NCBI GenBank assembly: GCA_030037695.1
Contig: JASHQF010000040.1
Coordinates: forward strand, 1-41,696
DNA from: Thermoplasmata archaeon
GTDB lineage: Archaea; Thermoplasmatota; Thermoplasmata; Lutacidiplasmatales; UBA184
Direction of reading: 5' to 3'
Length of the DNA stretch: 41,696 nucleotides
Shown: positions 1 through 9,101 of the stretch, piece by piece
Position numbering within the stretch: the first letter of the stretch is position 1
How the letters are laid out: every line of letters begins with the position of its first letter
Translations under genes and position numbers: made by a program
The notes under the pieces: generated by a model
Seen by the model: only the letters and a program-made list of their open reading frames with translations
Told to the model about the DNA's origin: nothing
The model's database searches: none

Positions 1-118
1 CGGGCGCTCTCGGCCCGCGACCACGCCAACCCCCGAACCGTCCGGGTCCGAGCGGCCCCGGAGCGCGGGAGTAGGGGACGCTCGAGCTGTCGGGGCGCGG
101 ATCGCTGAGCCGCTCCGC

Positions 119-2074
119 CTAGAGGGCGGCGGGCGGCGCGCTCGCCGTCGTCTCGGAAGGGACCGCCGGCACGGTGTGGGTGCGGGGGGCGCCGAACGGT
201 CGGAACGGCCGGCCGTTCCCCGTGTAGAACTTCGAGAAGTACTCCACGAACAGGAGCCGCGCTCCCTGGATCCCGGGCTCGAAGACGCCGAGGATCACGT
301 TGAACGTCTGGCCGACGACGAGCAGCAGGACCCCCGCGACGATCCCGACGGCCCCGCCGCGCACGAGCCCCCCCGCGACCGTGTTGATCACGAGGGCGAG
401 GATCACGCTCGCGAGCAGGATCCCCACGAGCCGCGTATAGGAGAGGATGTGGCTCACGATCTCGATCAGGCCGACCAGGAGGCCGTTCATCCCCTCGCCG
501 CCGACGATCAGGACGAGCCCGGAGGCGAGGCACGCGTACCAGAGCACGACGATCGGGTGGACCGAGACGCTGGTCGCGTGGTGGATCACGGCGAGCCCGA
601 AGAACGCGATCCCCCAGGCGAACAGGATCCCGCCCGATTTCGCGAGGACCCCGCGGCGGTGCCGCCGGAACATCTCCTGGACGGCCCCGAACAGGAACCC
701 GAGCGTGACCATCGCGAGGCCGATGAACCCCGCGACGAGGAGCAGGAGGCCCACGTCAGCGTCCGGCTTCAGCGGGGCGACGTAGCCGAACAGGTGGTGG
801 AACAGGCCGTAGCCGAAGAACTCGTCCCAGACGAGACCGAGGGCGATCGCGAGGGCGCACCCGGGGAGCAGCGTCCAGGCGAGCTGCTGCATCGCCTTCG
901 GGCCCATGATCTGACGGACGAACCGTCGGCCGAACGCCGGGAGGTGCCGGGCGCCGGGGAACCCCGCGATCATCCAGAGGGAGACGAGCAGGATGACGAG
1001 CCCGTACCCCCAGTCGCCGAGCATGAAGCCGAAGAAGATCGGGAAGACGATCGCGAAGACGAGCGTCGGGTCCCACTCCGTCGCCTGCGGCAGGGAGTAG
1101 AACCGGACGAAGAACTCGAACCGGCGGAACCCCGCCGGGTTCGCCATCATCGTCGGCGGTTCCTCGCGGGAGGGGACCTCGACGACGACGACCCTCCCCT
1201 CCGTCGCCCGCTCGACGGCGGTGCGCAGGCGCGGGACGTCCCGGGCCGGCACCCAGGCCTCGAGCGCGAACGCCGAACGGCTCGCGCCGAGCTTCGTGAG
1301 GAGCTCGCCCGCCCGGTTCTGGATCTCGAGCGCTTCGGCGATCGCCGCGACGGTGGGGTACCAGGCCGCAGCGAGCGCGGCGAGGCGTTCCCGGATCTCC
1401 CCGCGGCGCCGCGCGATCTCCGACCGCCGGGCGACGGCGCGGACCCGCTCCTCCGCGGCGGTCCCGTCCAGCGGGGGGACGGGGGCGAGGCGTACCCCGG
1501 ACCCCTGGGCGGCGGCCGCCACGGCGTCCGCCCGGGACGCGCGGGCCACGGCGACGAACGGTCGAGCCTCCGCCCCGGGCCCGAGCAGGAGCTCCCCGTC
1601 GGGGGCGAGGGCGGTCCGGATCGCCGCCAGCCCCTCCGGCCCGGCCGAGCCGTGGAGCGCGACGAGCGACGGCGAGCGGAACGTGTCGAGGCGCTCGGGG
1701 ACGAACGCGAGCTCGTCGAGCGCCCGCACCGTCTCGTCGATCGCGCGCGCCTCGCTCTCGAGGTGGTCGGCCTCCCGGACGAGCGCCCCGACCTCCGCGT
1801 CGATCGGGACCGTCCCCGCGGCCGCGAGGATGTCGGCGACCGAGTCGAACCGGCGGGGCGTCGGGGCCCCGACGGGCGGCAGCGCGCTGAGGAGGCCCCG
1901 GAACCGGAGCGCCTCGTCGCCGACCCGGCGCAGCGTCTCGGGTCCCCGCTCGGGGCCGAGCTGCGCCATCGTCTCGGGTGCGAGGGCCTCGACCTGGGCG
2001 AGCCGGAGGTCGTGGAGGACGGTGAGGATCCGCTCCTGGTCCTGGCGGAGGCCAAGGAGGGCGATCCGGGCCAT
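119..2074 (-). CDS. atpI: A1AO (V/A-type) ATP synthase subunit I (membrane a-subunit)
   Basis: Soluble helical N-terminal half followed by multiple hydrophobic helices (FFGFMLGDWGYGL, ILSYTRLVGILLAS with the conserved Arg, LLFVEYFSKFY). Start placed at ATG 2072-2074 (MARIALLGL...) because the 73 upstream codons of the track ORF are R/P/S-rich and overlap atpH. Confidence 0.9.
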   Translation of the reverse strand: MARIALLGLRQDQERILTVLHDLRLAQVEALAPETMAQLGPERGPETLRRVGDEALRFRGLLSALPPVGAPTPRRFDSVADILAAAGTVPIDAEVGALVREADHLESEARAIDETVRALDELAFVPERLDTFRSPSLVALHGSAGPEGLAAIRTALAPDGELLLGPGAEARPFVAVARASRADAVAAAAQGSGVRLAPVPPLDGTAAEERVRAVARRSEIARRRGEIRERLAALAAAWYPTVAAIAEALEIQNRAGELLTKLGASRSAFALEAWVPARDVPRLRTAVERATEGRVVVVEVPSREEPPTMMANPAGFRRFEFFVRFYSLPQATEWDPTLVFAIVFPIFFGFMLGDWGYGLVILLVSLWMIAGFPGARHLPAFGRRFVRQIMGPKAMQQLAWTLLPGCALAIALGLVWDEFFGYGLFHHLFGYVAPLKPDADVGLLLLVAGFIGLAMVTLGFLFGAVQEMFRRHRRGVLAKSGGILFAWGIAFFGLAVIHHATSVSVHPIVVLWYACLASGLVLIVGGEGMNGLLVGLIEIVSHILSYTRLVGILLASVILALVINTVAGGLVRGGAVGIVAGVLLLVVGQTFNVILGVFEPGIQGARLLFVEYFSKFYTGNGRPFRPFGAPRTHTVPAVPSETTASAPPAAL

Positions 2075-2105
2075 CCGGACGGGGCGGAGCGCCGTCGGCC
2101 CCTCC

Positions 2106-2468
2106 TCAGTCGCTCGCGAACCGGCCGAGCACGACCGCGAGGATCTCCTTGCGGCGCCCCTCGGCGAGCGAACCCTGACCCGCCCGGAGCTGTCGGGCCT
2201 CGGCCTCGCCGTCGTCGACGATCGTCCGGGCCTCGGTGTCCCCCTCGCGGCCGGCCCGGGCGGTCGCCTCGGCGCGTTCCGTCTCGACCGCACGGGCGAC
2301 CTCGTGGACCGACGCCTCCGCCGCGTCGCGGCGGCCGGCGAGGTCCTGGGCGGCCGCGGCCCGCGCGTCGGCGAGACGGCGGTCCCAGTCGGCCTCCGTC
2401 GCCTTCACGCGTCGCAGGGCGTCCAGGATCTCGGGACTGCCCGACGGGGGCGCCGCGGCGTCGCTCAC
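2106..2468 (-). CDS. atpH: A-type ATP synthase subunit H (small helical stalk subunit), tentative
   Basis: 120-aa Ala/Glu/Arg-rich helical protein directly upstream of atpI, which is the conserved archaeal H-I adjacency. GTG start at 2466-2468 is preceded by GGGGGA. No catalytic motif is available to confirm the call. Confidence 0.6.
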   Translation of the reverse strand: MSDAAAPPSGSPEILDALRRVKATEADWDRRLADARAAAAQDLAGRRDAAEASVHEVARAVETERAEATARAGREGDTEARTIVDDGEAEARQLRAGQGSLAEGRRKEILAVVLGRFASD

Positions 2469-2471
2469 AGG

Positions 2472-2603
2472 CTAGCTCCCCCCGAGGTACCGCGCGAGCA
2501 CGAGGAGGACGATCGCGATCGCCGCCGCCTTCCAGGCGACGCTCGCCGCCCAGAGGGCGACGACCCGCCGGGAGGCGAGGCTAGGCGGGTACGGCGCCCG
2601 CAT
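2472..2603 (-). CDS. 43-aa single-pass membrane micro-ORF inside the atp operon (not in the ORF track)
   Basis: The minus strand reads ATG-MRAPYPPSLASRRVVALWAASVAWKAAAIAIVLLVLARYLGGS-TAG. GGAGG lies 7 nt upstream of the ATG. The ORF overlaps the atpD 3' end by 23 nt and ends 3 nt before the atpH GTG. It contains one clear hydrophobic helix. Confidence 0.4.
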   Translation of the reverse strand: MRAPYPPSLASRRVVALWAASVAWKAAAIAIVLLVLARYLGGS

Positions 2604-3225
2604 CGCCGGCCTCCAGTTTGCGCTTGACGGTCTTCAGCATGCTGAACGCGTCCCGCTCCATCTCGTCGAACCGGAACTTGATGTAGCGCACGGTGGCGAC
2701 GAGCCTCGGGACCAGGACGTTCTCGATCGCGTTCGCCCGGCGCTTGGTCTTCTCGATCTCGCGCAGGAGGCGTCGCAGCGTGTTCTCCTTCTCGGCGATC
2801 TCGAGGACGAGGGCGTAGATCCCTTGGAAGTGCCGGATCGGTTCTCCGATCGACGTCGGCAGATCGAGCAGGGACGCCACCGCGACCGGGGCGAAGCCGC
2901 CGGCGTCGAGCCGGGGGGTCCGCACCCCCATCACGTTCTTCGTCGCGACCGTGACGTCGGGGAGGTTCGGCAGCAGCATCGAGATGTTCTCGAGCCGGGT
3001 CGGGCCCTCGATCGCCTCGGCGAGGCGGATCGCCTCGTACCCCGGCAGGAACCGGCGTCGCAGCTCCCCCCGCAGCTCCAGCGCGGCCTTCGAGACGCTG
3101 AAGAACTCCGCGATCAGCGCGGTCCGCTTGAGCTTGAGCAGGTTGAGGCCGCGCCGGGCGACCGCGATCCGGCGGCGGGTGCGCAGCAGCTCGAGGCGGG
3201 TCGGGCGGACGTTCTCGACGGCCAC
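2581..3225 (-). CDS. atpD: A1AO ATP synthase subunit D (central stalk)
   Basis: 214 aa. VENVRPTRLELLRTRRRIAVARRGLNLLKLKR at the N-terminus and IENVLVPRL...IKFRFDEMERD at the C-terminus are typical of V/A-ATPase D. GTG start has GGAGG 5 nt upstream. Confidence 0.9.
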   Translation of the reverse strand: MAVENVRPTRLELLRTRRRIAVARRGLNLLKLKRTALIAEFFSVSKAALELRGELRRRFLPGYEAIRLAEAIEGPTRLENISMLLPNLPDVTVATKNVMGVRTPRLDAGGFAPVAVASLLDLPTSIGEPIRHFQGIYALVLEIAEKENTLRRLLREIEKTKRRANAIENVLVPRLVATVRYIKFRFDEMERDAFSMLKTVKRKLEAGDAGAVPA

Positions 3226-3238
3226 GGACCCTCCGGCC

Positions 3239-4681
3239 TCACGACCCGACGACCGGGGGATGGGCCCGGTACGCCTGCACGAACTCGGGGCGGATCCGCT
3301 TGAGCTCGGCGTCGGGGAAGTCGGAGACGATCGCCCAAGCGAGCGCGAGGCTCTCGTCGATCGTCCGGTCCTCGTCGGGCCGCTGGTTGACGAACTCCTT
3401 CTCGAACCGGTCGGCGCCGCGCAGGTAGAGCCGGTCGATCGGGCTGAGCGCCTCCTCGCCGACGATCGCGGAGAGCGCCCGCTGGTCCTTCCCCGTCGCG
3501 TACGTCGCGAACAGCTGGTCGGAGACGCCGCGGTGGTCCTCCCGGGTCCGCTTCGGCCCGATCCCTTGGTTCATGAGGCGCGAGAGGCTCGGCAGGATGT
3601 CGATCGGCGGGTAGATCCCCTTGCGCTGGAGGTCCCGGCTGAGGTACATCTGCCCCTCGGTGATGTAGCCGGTGAGATCCGGGATCGGGTGGGTGACGTC
3701 GTCGGCCGGCATCGTCACGATCGGGAGCTGGGTGATTGATCCCTTCCGGCCGTGGATCTTGCCGGCACGCTCGTAGATCGTGGCGAGGTCGGTGTAGAGG
3801 TACCCCGGGTACCCCCGACGGCCGGGGACCTCCTCGCGGGCGGCCGAGACCTCCCGGAGCGCCTCGCAGTAGCTCGTCATGTCGGTCAGGATGACGAGGA
3901 CGTGCAGGTCCTTCTCGTAGGCGAGGTACTCGGCGGCCGTCAGCGCCATCCGCGGGGTGACGACCCGCTCCATCGACGGATCGCTCGACAGGTTGAGGAA
4001 CGCGACGGTCCGCTCGAGGGCGCCGGTCGCCTCGAACTCCTTCAGGAAGAAGTTCGCCTCCTCGCTCGTGATCCCCATCGCGCCGAAGACGACCGCGAAC
4101 CCCTCGGTCGAGTTGCGCAGCTTCGCCTGGCGGACGATCTGCGCGGCGACCTGGTTGTGCGGGAGGCCGGCGCCCGAGAACAGCGGGAGCTTCTGCCCCC
4201 GGACGAGGGTGTTGTTGACGTCGATCGTGGAGATCCCCGTCTGGATGAACTCGCTCGGTTCCTCGCGCGAGTACGGGTTCATCGCGTTGCCGACGATCTC
4301 GAGCCGGGTCTCGCTCACGATCCGCGGGCCGCCGTCGCGCGGCTCGCCGAGGCCGTTGAAGACCCGACCGAGCATCTCGTCGGAGACGGCGAGCGTCGCG
4401 ACCTCCCCGAGGAACTTCACGCTCGTCTCCTCGACGTTGATCCCGATCGTCGGGCCGAACACCTGGACGATCGCGAGCCCCTTGCGCGAGTCGAGGACCT
4501 GGCCCTGCCGGCGCTCGCCGCTCGGGAGCCGGATCTCGACGATCTCGCCGTAGGCGGCGTTCTCGATGTCGCGGACGAACAGGAGCGGGCCCGCGACCCG
4601 GTCGATCGTGCGGTAGTCGACCGGGACGGCGTCCTCGCGCGGTCGCCCGCCGGAGCGCGGGCCGGCCCCCTTCGCCGCCAC
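3239..4681 (-). CDS. atpB: A1AO ATP synthase subunit B (regulatory)
   Basis: 480 aa. [47 protein letters not shown] and [11 protein letters not shown] are characteristic B-subunit blocks. GTG start at 4679-4681 has GGAGGG upstream. Confidence 0.95.
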   Translation of the reverse strand: MAAKGAGPRSGGRPREDAVPVDYRTIDRVAGPLLFVRDIENAAYGEIVEIRLPSGERRQGQVLDSRKGLAIVQVFGPTIGINVEETSVKFLGEVATLAVSDEMLGRVFNGLGEPRDGGPRIVSETRLEIVGNAMNPYSREEPSEFIQTGISTIDVNNTLVRGQKLPLFSGAGLPHNQVAAQIVRQAKLRNSTEGFAVVFGAMGITSEEANFFLKEFEATGALERTVAFLNLSSDPSMERVVTPRMALTAAEYLAYEKDLHVLVILTDMTSYCEALREVSAAREEVPGRRGYPGYLYTDLATIYERAGKIHGRKGSITQLPIVTMPADDVTHPIPDLTGYITEGQMYLSRDLQRKGIYPPIDILPSLSRLMNQGIGPKRTREDHRGVSDQLFATYATGKDQRALSAIVGEEALSPIDRLYLRGADRFEKEFVNQRPDEDRTIDESLALAWAIVSDFPDAELKRIRPEFVQAYRAHPPVVGS

Positions 4682-4770
4682 TAGCTCCCTCCGGCGGCGA
4701 CCGCGGCGACCGCCTCCGCCGCCTCGAGATCGAGCCGGTCGAACTCAGCGGCGAGCTTCGCCTCGGGGAT

Positions 4771-7700
4771 TCACTTCATCCGGGAGAGCTTCGTGCGCAC
4801 CGGCAGCTTCTGGAGGTCCGCGACGCTCGCCCCGCGGGCGACCGCCTCCTGGGCCCGGTCGGCGAACGCGAGGATCGCGCGGAGCATCCTCAGCTGCTTC
4901 TGGATCGACGTGTAGGTATCGACGTCGTCGTAGGCGCTCTGCTGGAGGTAGTCCTCGCGGAGCATCCGGGCCGCGTCGAGGGTCGCCTTCTCCCGCTCGG
5001 GGAGCGCGTCGACCCCGACCAGCTGGACGATCTCCTGGAGCTCCGACTCCTTCTGGAGGATCTCGAGGGCCCGCTGACGTAGCGCACCGAACTCCTTGGA
5101 GAGTTCGGCGGCATACCACGGCTCGAGGTCCCCGGCGTAGAGCGAGTAGCTCTGCAGCCAATTGATCGAAGGGAAATGGCGTCGTGCGGCGAGCGACGCA
5201 TCGAGGGCCCAGAAGACCCGGGCGACGCGGAGCGTGTTCTGGCTGACCGGCTCGGAGGTGTCGCCCCCGGGTGGCGAGACCGCCCCCACGACCGTCACCG
5301 AGCCGATCCGGCCCTCGGGCGAGAGCGCGACGACACGTCCCGCCCGTTCGTAGAACTCGGCGATCCGGCGCCCGAGGTAGGCGGGGTAGCCTTCCTCGCC
5401 CGGCATCTCCTCGAGACGGCCCGAGATCTCGCGCATCGCCTCCGCCCAACGGCTCGTCGAATCGGCCATCAGCGCGACGTCGTAGCCCATGTCCCGGTAG
5501 TACTCGGCGATCGTGATTCCGGTGTAGACGCTCGCCTCCCGCGCCGCCACCGGCATGTTCGAGGTGTTGGCGATCAGCACCGTCCGTTCCATGAGGGGTC
5601 GCTTCGACTTCGGGTCGACGAGGTTCGGGAACGTGGCAAGCACCTCGGTCATCTCGTTCCCGCGTTCCCCACAACCGACATAGACGACGACGTCGGAGTC
5701 GGCCCACTTGGCGAGCTGCTGCTGCGTGACGGTGTTGTGCAGGAGAAGCCCGCCCACCCCTCCCACGAAATTCCGGCCGTGCTCCGGGACCGAGACGTCG
5801 TAGACCTCGTACGGGCCGTCGCGCTCCTCCTGGACGTCGACGACCTCGTCGCAGGCGATCCAATCCAGCAGCTCGGTGAGACGTCGGGCGGCCAGCTCCT
5901 CCGGGACCGAGACGGGACCGTCGTCGCCAGCGTCCATAAACGTGCGAAAGGTGACCGCGCCCATGCTCTCCCGGTGGCCGATGTAGTTGTGGATCTCGAT
6001 GCCGTGCTTCCGCAGACCGGAGTACGAGTAATGCGCCCGGTAGAGCCGTTCGAGGAGCTCCGAAGCGACCGGCACCACGTCCGTCGCAGTGTAGCTGCGA
6101 GGCTGCCGCTCGACGTAGCTCCGGAGCGCCGCGATCTTGGGATGCGGCGAGGTGAGTGCCTGGTGCAGACGGTCTAGGTTGGCAACGCCCCGCACGTAGA
6201 TGCGGTAGTACAACTGATCGCCCACGGTCCGACGGGCCAGCGTGGAGAGGATGCCGAACCGGCTCAGCGCGTGGGCCAGACCGATCTGCAGCCGCTCGCT
6301 CGCGGTGCAGAACTCCACGACACCCCCGAAGAAGCCGCCGTCCCCGAGGTAGTACCCGCGAAGGAAGGCACCCAACGAGGGGTCCGTGGAGGCCAGTACC
6401 GACGGGGGGACCGCCTTCTGCGACGAGCCGTTCCCCGCGCCGATACGTCCCAGCAGTCGGACGAGCGAGACGCTATGGAGCAGGACGTTCGGGGTCTTGT
6501 CGCGTTGCCGCTCGATCCGACCGACGACCCCAAACAGCGAACGGGCGAGCTGGAGGAACCTCTCCAAGAGCCCCTCGTCCGAATTGGTGAAGACAACGGT
6601 ACCCCCGCCACGCAGGTAGCCTTCCGCAACATAGAGCCCTAGGAACTCGCCCAGGTCCGGGGTCATGCGGTCCGGAAGGCGGATGACGGTGCCCCGCCGT
6701 CGCAGCTCGGGCAGCTCGATACCGAGCGGGCTGTCCGAAGCTGGGGGAGGGAGTCGGCGCACGGCGGCGAGGTAGTCGCCCGGCCGTAGCTCCCCTGCCG
6801 GAGTCTCCCGAAGTCCACCGTCCGCTCGGACGGCGAACAGCCGATGCACCGGCGTCACTCGAACACGCCGCCCGCTGCGGGTCCTTACGGTGACCAGCGA
6901 ATCGCTTTTCCCTCGATAGAGGACGTTGGTCCGGCTCCGCACGATCCGGTTCCCTGAAAGGGAATACAGCGTGAGGGGGCGGTCCAGCCGAATCCACTCA
7001 TCGGCTCCGTCCACGATCGCTCGTCCAAGGGGTCGCGATCGCTCGTACAGTTCGGCGATCGGCACGATGGTCCCGTCGCCGAGGAACACCGGCGTCTCCC
7101 CGGCGACGCATTTCCCGCTGCCGAACGGACCGGGGATGCAGGCGGTCCCGCCCTTCGCGACGGGGAAGAACGAGTCGATGACGCGCTGGCCGGTGACGAG
7201 CGGGATGTCCGGGGGGAGCTTCTGCCCAACGGGGCGCGGGATACGGACGATCCAGCGATGGCTCAGGTAGACCGGCACCCGCTGCGCGCCCGAGCGGATC
7301 GTGCCGATCGGGTCGCGGATCGTGTACGTCCCGCTCGCGATCGCCTCGAGCGTCCCCGAGACGCCGGGCGGCACGAGGACCTTGTGGACGATCAGCGACG
7401 TCTCGGGGACGGTGCCGAGGATCGTGCCCGGAGTGACCTCGGTGCCGGGCTTGGCCGTCGCCGTGAACTCCCAACGGGCCGTCTCGCTGAGCGGGGGCGC
7501 GACGAACCCTCGAGCGATGAAATCCCCCGAGCTCTTCTGGATCACGTCCAGCGGCCGCTGGACCCCGTCGTAGATCGATTTCAGGAGACCGGGGCCGAGC
7601 TCGACGCTGAGCGCGAGGCCGGTCGACTCGACCGGATCGCCCGGGCGGATCCCGGTGGTGTCCTCGTAGACCTGGACGGTCGCGGTGCCGCCGACGAGCC

Positions 7701-7818
7701 GGATGATCTCGCCGACGAGCCCGAGCGTACCGACGCGGACGACGTCGTACATCTTCGCGCCCTGGAGGCCGTCGACCAGGACGACCGGTCCCGAGACCCT
7801 TGCGACGACCGCCGGCAT
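4771..7818 (-). CDS. atpA: A1AO ATP synthase catalytic subunit A, interrupted by an intein (exteins 7111..7818 and 4771..5733; 556 aa after splicing)
   Basis: The P-loop GPFGSGK|...|[10 protein letters not shown] is split by the insert. Downstream blocks are [28 protein letters not shown] and [22 protein letters not shown]. The ORF ends at TGA 4771-4773; see the finding on the in-frame continuation. Confidence 0.95.
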   Translation of the reverse strand: MPAVVARVSGPVVLVDGLQGAKMYDVVRVGTLGLVGEIIRLVGGTATVQVYEDTTGIRPGDPVESTGLALSVELGPGLLKSIYDGVQRPLDVIQKSSGDFIARGFVAPPLSETARWEFTATAKPGTEVTPGTILGTVPETSLIVHKVLVPPGVSGTLEAIASGTYTIRDPIGTIRSGAQRVPVYLSHRWIVRIPRPVGQKLPPDIPLVTGQRVIDSFFPVAKGGTACIPGPFGSGKCVAGETPVFLGDGTIVPIAELYERSRPLGRAIVDGADEWIRLDRPLTLYSLSGNRIVRSRTNVLYRGKSDSLVTVRTRSGRRVRVTPVHRLFAVRADGGLRETPAGELRPGDYLAAVRRLPPPASDSPLGIELPELRRRGTVIRLPDRMTPDLGEFLGLYVAEGYLRGGGTVVFTNSDEGLLERFLQLARSLFGVVGRIERQRDKTPNVLLHSVSLVRLLGRIGAGNGSSQKAVPPSVLASTDPSLGAFLRGYYLGDGGFFGGVVEFCTASERLQIGLAHALSRFGILSTLARRTVGDQLYYRIYVRGVANLDRLHQALTSPHPKIAALRSYVERQPRSYTATDVVPVASELLERLYRAHYSYSGLRKHGIEIHNYIGHRESMGAVTFRTFMDAGDDGPVSVPEELAARRLTELLDWIACDEVVDVQEERDGPYEVYDVSVPEHGRNFVGGVGGLLLHNTVTQQQLAKWADSDVVVYVGCGERGNEMTEVLATFPNLVDPKSKRPLMERTVLIANTSNMPVAAREASVYTGITIAEYYRDMGYDVALMADSTSRWAEAMREISGRLEEMPGEEGYPAYLGRRIAEFYERAGRVVALSPEGRIGSVTVVGAVSPPGGDTSEPVSQNTLRVARVFWALDASLAARRHFPSINWLQSYSLYAGDLEPWYAAELSKEFGALRQRALEILQKESELQEIVQLVGVDALPEREKATLDAARMLREDYLQQSAYDDVDTYTSIQKQLRMLRAILAFADRAQEAVARGASVADLQKLPVRTKLSRMK
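5734..7110 (-). mobile_element. Full-length (459 aa) intein with LAGLIDADG homing-endonuclease domain in the atpA P-loop
   Basis: Cys1 codon at 7108-7110 follows GSGK. The C-terminus is ...GGLLLHN (Asn codon 5734-5736), followed by a +1 Thr that restores GKT. Two LAGLIDADG-like motifs are present ([22 protein letters not shown]), with terminal block [14 protein letters not shown]. The insert is visibly less GC-rich than the exteins. Confidence 0.9.
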
Positions 7819-7832
7819 CGTCCTTCGTCCTC

Positions 7833-8174
7833 CTAGGCCGCCGGAGCGGCGAGCGTGATGCCGAGGACCCGCTTGGCGAGCACGTTCAGGCTCTCGACCT
7901 CGTACTCCCCGGACGGCGCCGGCACGAAGACGACGAGCGGCCGCAGGGAGGCGTCGGCGCGCGCGCGTTGCGCCTCGGTGAGGCGGGCGCGTACCGTCTG
8001 GCTCGCGACGACGAGGCTGAACCGGCCGTCGGAGATCGCCGTGTCGAACTCGGCCGCGGCGGTCTCGGGAACGACCTCCACCACATCTTTCATCCCGATG
8101 AGACGGAAGCCGATCGCGAGCTCCCGCTCGCCGACGACCACCGTCCGGCCCGGCTCCGGTGCGCTCTCCGGCAC
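7833..8174 (-). CDS. atpF: A1AO ATP synthase subunit F
   Basis: 113 aa. [17 protein letters not shown]...LVVASQTV...PLVVFVP matches the small F subunit pattern. It is the first gene after a TATA-like box. GTG start at 8172-8174. Confidence 0.8.
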   Translation of the reverse strand: MPESAPEPGRTVVVGERELAIGFRLIGMKDVVEVVPETAAAEFDTAISDGRFSLVVASQTVRARLTEAQRARADASLRPLVVFVPAPSGEYEVESLNVLAKRVLGITLAAPAA

Positions 8175-8198
8175 GGCGGAGTCGGCGGGATTCCCACC

Positions 8199-8205
8199 TA
8201 TTTAA
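8199..8205 (-). promoter_or_regulatory. TATA-like box (TTAAATA on minus strand) of the atp operon
   Basis: This is the only AT-rich heptamer in the region. It lies 24 nt upstream of the atpF GTG, which implies a leaderless or very short leader. It contains the TAA stop of the upstream SRPBCC gene. Confidence 0.45.
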
Positions 8206-8717
8206 GGCTGCCCGGCGCGACGCGCCGCCGAAGACGTGCGGGCGCGCCGGCGGGGCCGGAGCTCCCGGCCCATCGCGCGCGCGAGCCGACGCCAGAGCTC
8301 CCGATCCGCGCGCGCGGTCGCCCGGGCCTCCCGCGCGCGCGCCGACGCGCTGAGCGCACGACGCGGGCGCAGCACCTGGAGGCCGGTGAAGACGAGGCGC
8401 GAGCGGCTGCGTCCGACCGGTCGCAGTTCGTAGAGGAACTGGGAGAGCCGGGCCGGGCCCGCGAGGTGGGTGTTCGTCCAGGCCCGCCGCTCGGGCAGTA
8501 GGCGGACAAGCCGGGTCTTCGTGACGCGGTCCCGCCCCACGCCCGTCGTGTCTCTCAGCACGATCACGTCCTTCGCGAGCCTCGCGATACGTCGGCTCCC
8601 TACCTGCCCCATGAGGGACCAGTCGTCCGGCCGGTAGTCGGTCGCCCAGCGGAACGCGACGTCGGGCGGGGCGGGAAGGACGATCGAGAAGCGGTACCGG
8701 AACGTCACGAGCGGCAC
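8202..8717 (-). CDS. SRPBCC/START-like (polyketide cyclase/dehydrase fold) protein, tentative
   Basis: This is the C-terminal part of track ORF 8202..10484: [33 protein letters not shown]...[15 protein letters not shown]...[15 protein letters not shown], the typical SRPBCC pattern. GTG 8715-8717 has GAGG 6 nt upstream. The upstream portion of the track ORF is antisense to DUF72 and is rejected. Confidence 0.55.
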   Translation of the reverse strand: MPLVTFRYRFSIVLPAPPDVAFRWATDYRPDDWSLMGQVGSRRIARLAKDVIVLRDTTGVGRDRVTKTRLVRLLPERRAWTNTHLAGPARLSQFLYELRPVGRSRSRLVFTGLQVLRPRRALSASARAREARATARADRELWRRLARAMGRELRPRRRARTSSAARRAGQP

Positions 8718-8725
8718 GGCCGGCC

Positions 8726-9004
8726 TCACTTGTACGTCGAGTGGTGGACGTGGCTCTCGTCGTCGGTGATCAGGATGCACTCCCCTTCGCACTCGAACAG
8801 GCACGCCTCGCAGACGATGCATTCGGGTCCGTTCACCGCGAGGGACTTCTCGCCTCGGAACTGGAACTTCGCGGCGACCGTCGGGTCGTCGACGACGTCG
8901 GGGATCTGATCGCGGGGACGCAGCTCGAAGACGTTGACGGGGCAGACGTCCCGGCAATGGGCGCAGCCGGTGCATTTCGCGATGTCGATGTCGACCTGGA
9001 CCAT
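8726..9004 (-). CDS. 2x[4Fe-4S] ferredoxin-like protein
   Basis: Start at ATG 9002-9004 ([11 protein letters not shown]...). Two cluster motifs are present: [12 protein letters not shown] and [11 protein letters not shown]. 92 aa. Confidence 0.8.
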   Translation of the reverse strand: MVQVDIDIAKCTGCAHCRDVCPVNVFELRPRDQIPDVVDDPTVAAKFQFRGEKSLAVNGPECIVCEACLFECEGECILITDDESHVHHSTYK

Positions 9005-9101
9005 GCTCCGCGCTCCCCGAGGGGCGGCGCCTCTTAGCGTTGCGCGACCTCCCGGGGGCCGGCTTAACCCGCCGGGAACGTTCCTCCGGACCCGGAGGTC
9101 C

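Noticed and set aside
176-2584. 802-aa plus-strand ORF (and nested ORFs 1147..2055, 1221..2627) across atpI/atpH
   Set aside because: It is antisense or alternate-frame to clearly recognisable ATP synthase genes. The translation is R/P/E/D/G low-complexity with no motifs. This is the expected stop-codon-free artefact of ~70 % GC DNA.
4771-4773. TGA in atpA as selenocysteine or a reassigned (Trp/Gly) codon
   Set aside because: TGA is used as an ordinary stop for many well-delimited genes in this window (carA, rps15, recJ-like, GNAT, ppx, the RadB-like gene and the small ORF). I saw no SECIS-like hairpin. A mutation, an error or leaky read-through are more parsimonious.
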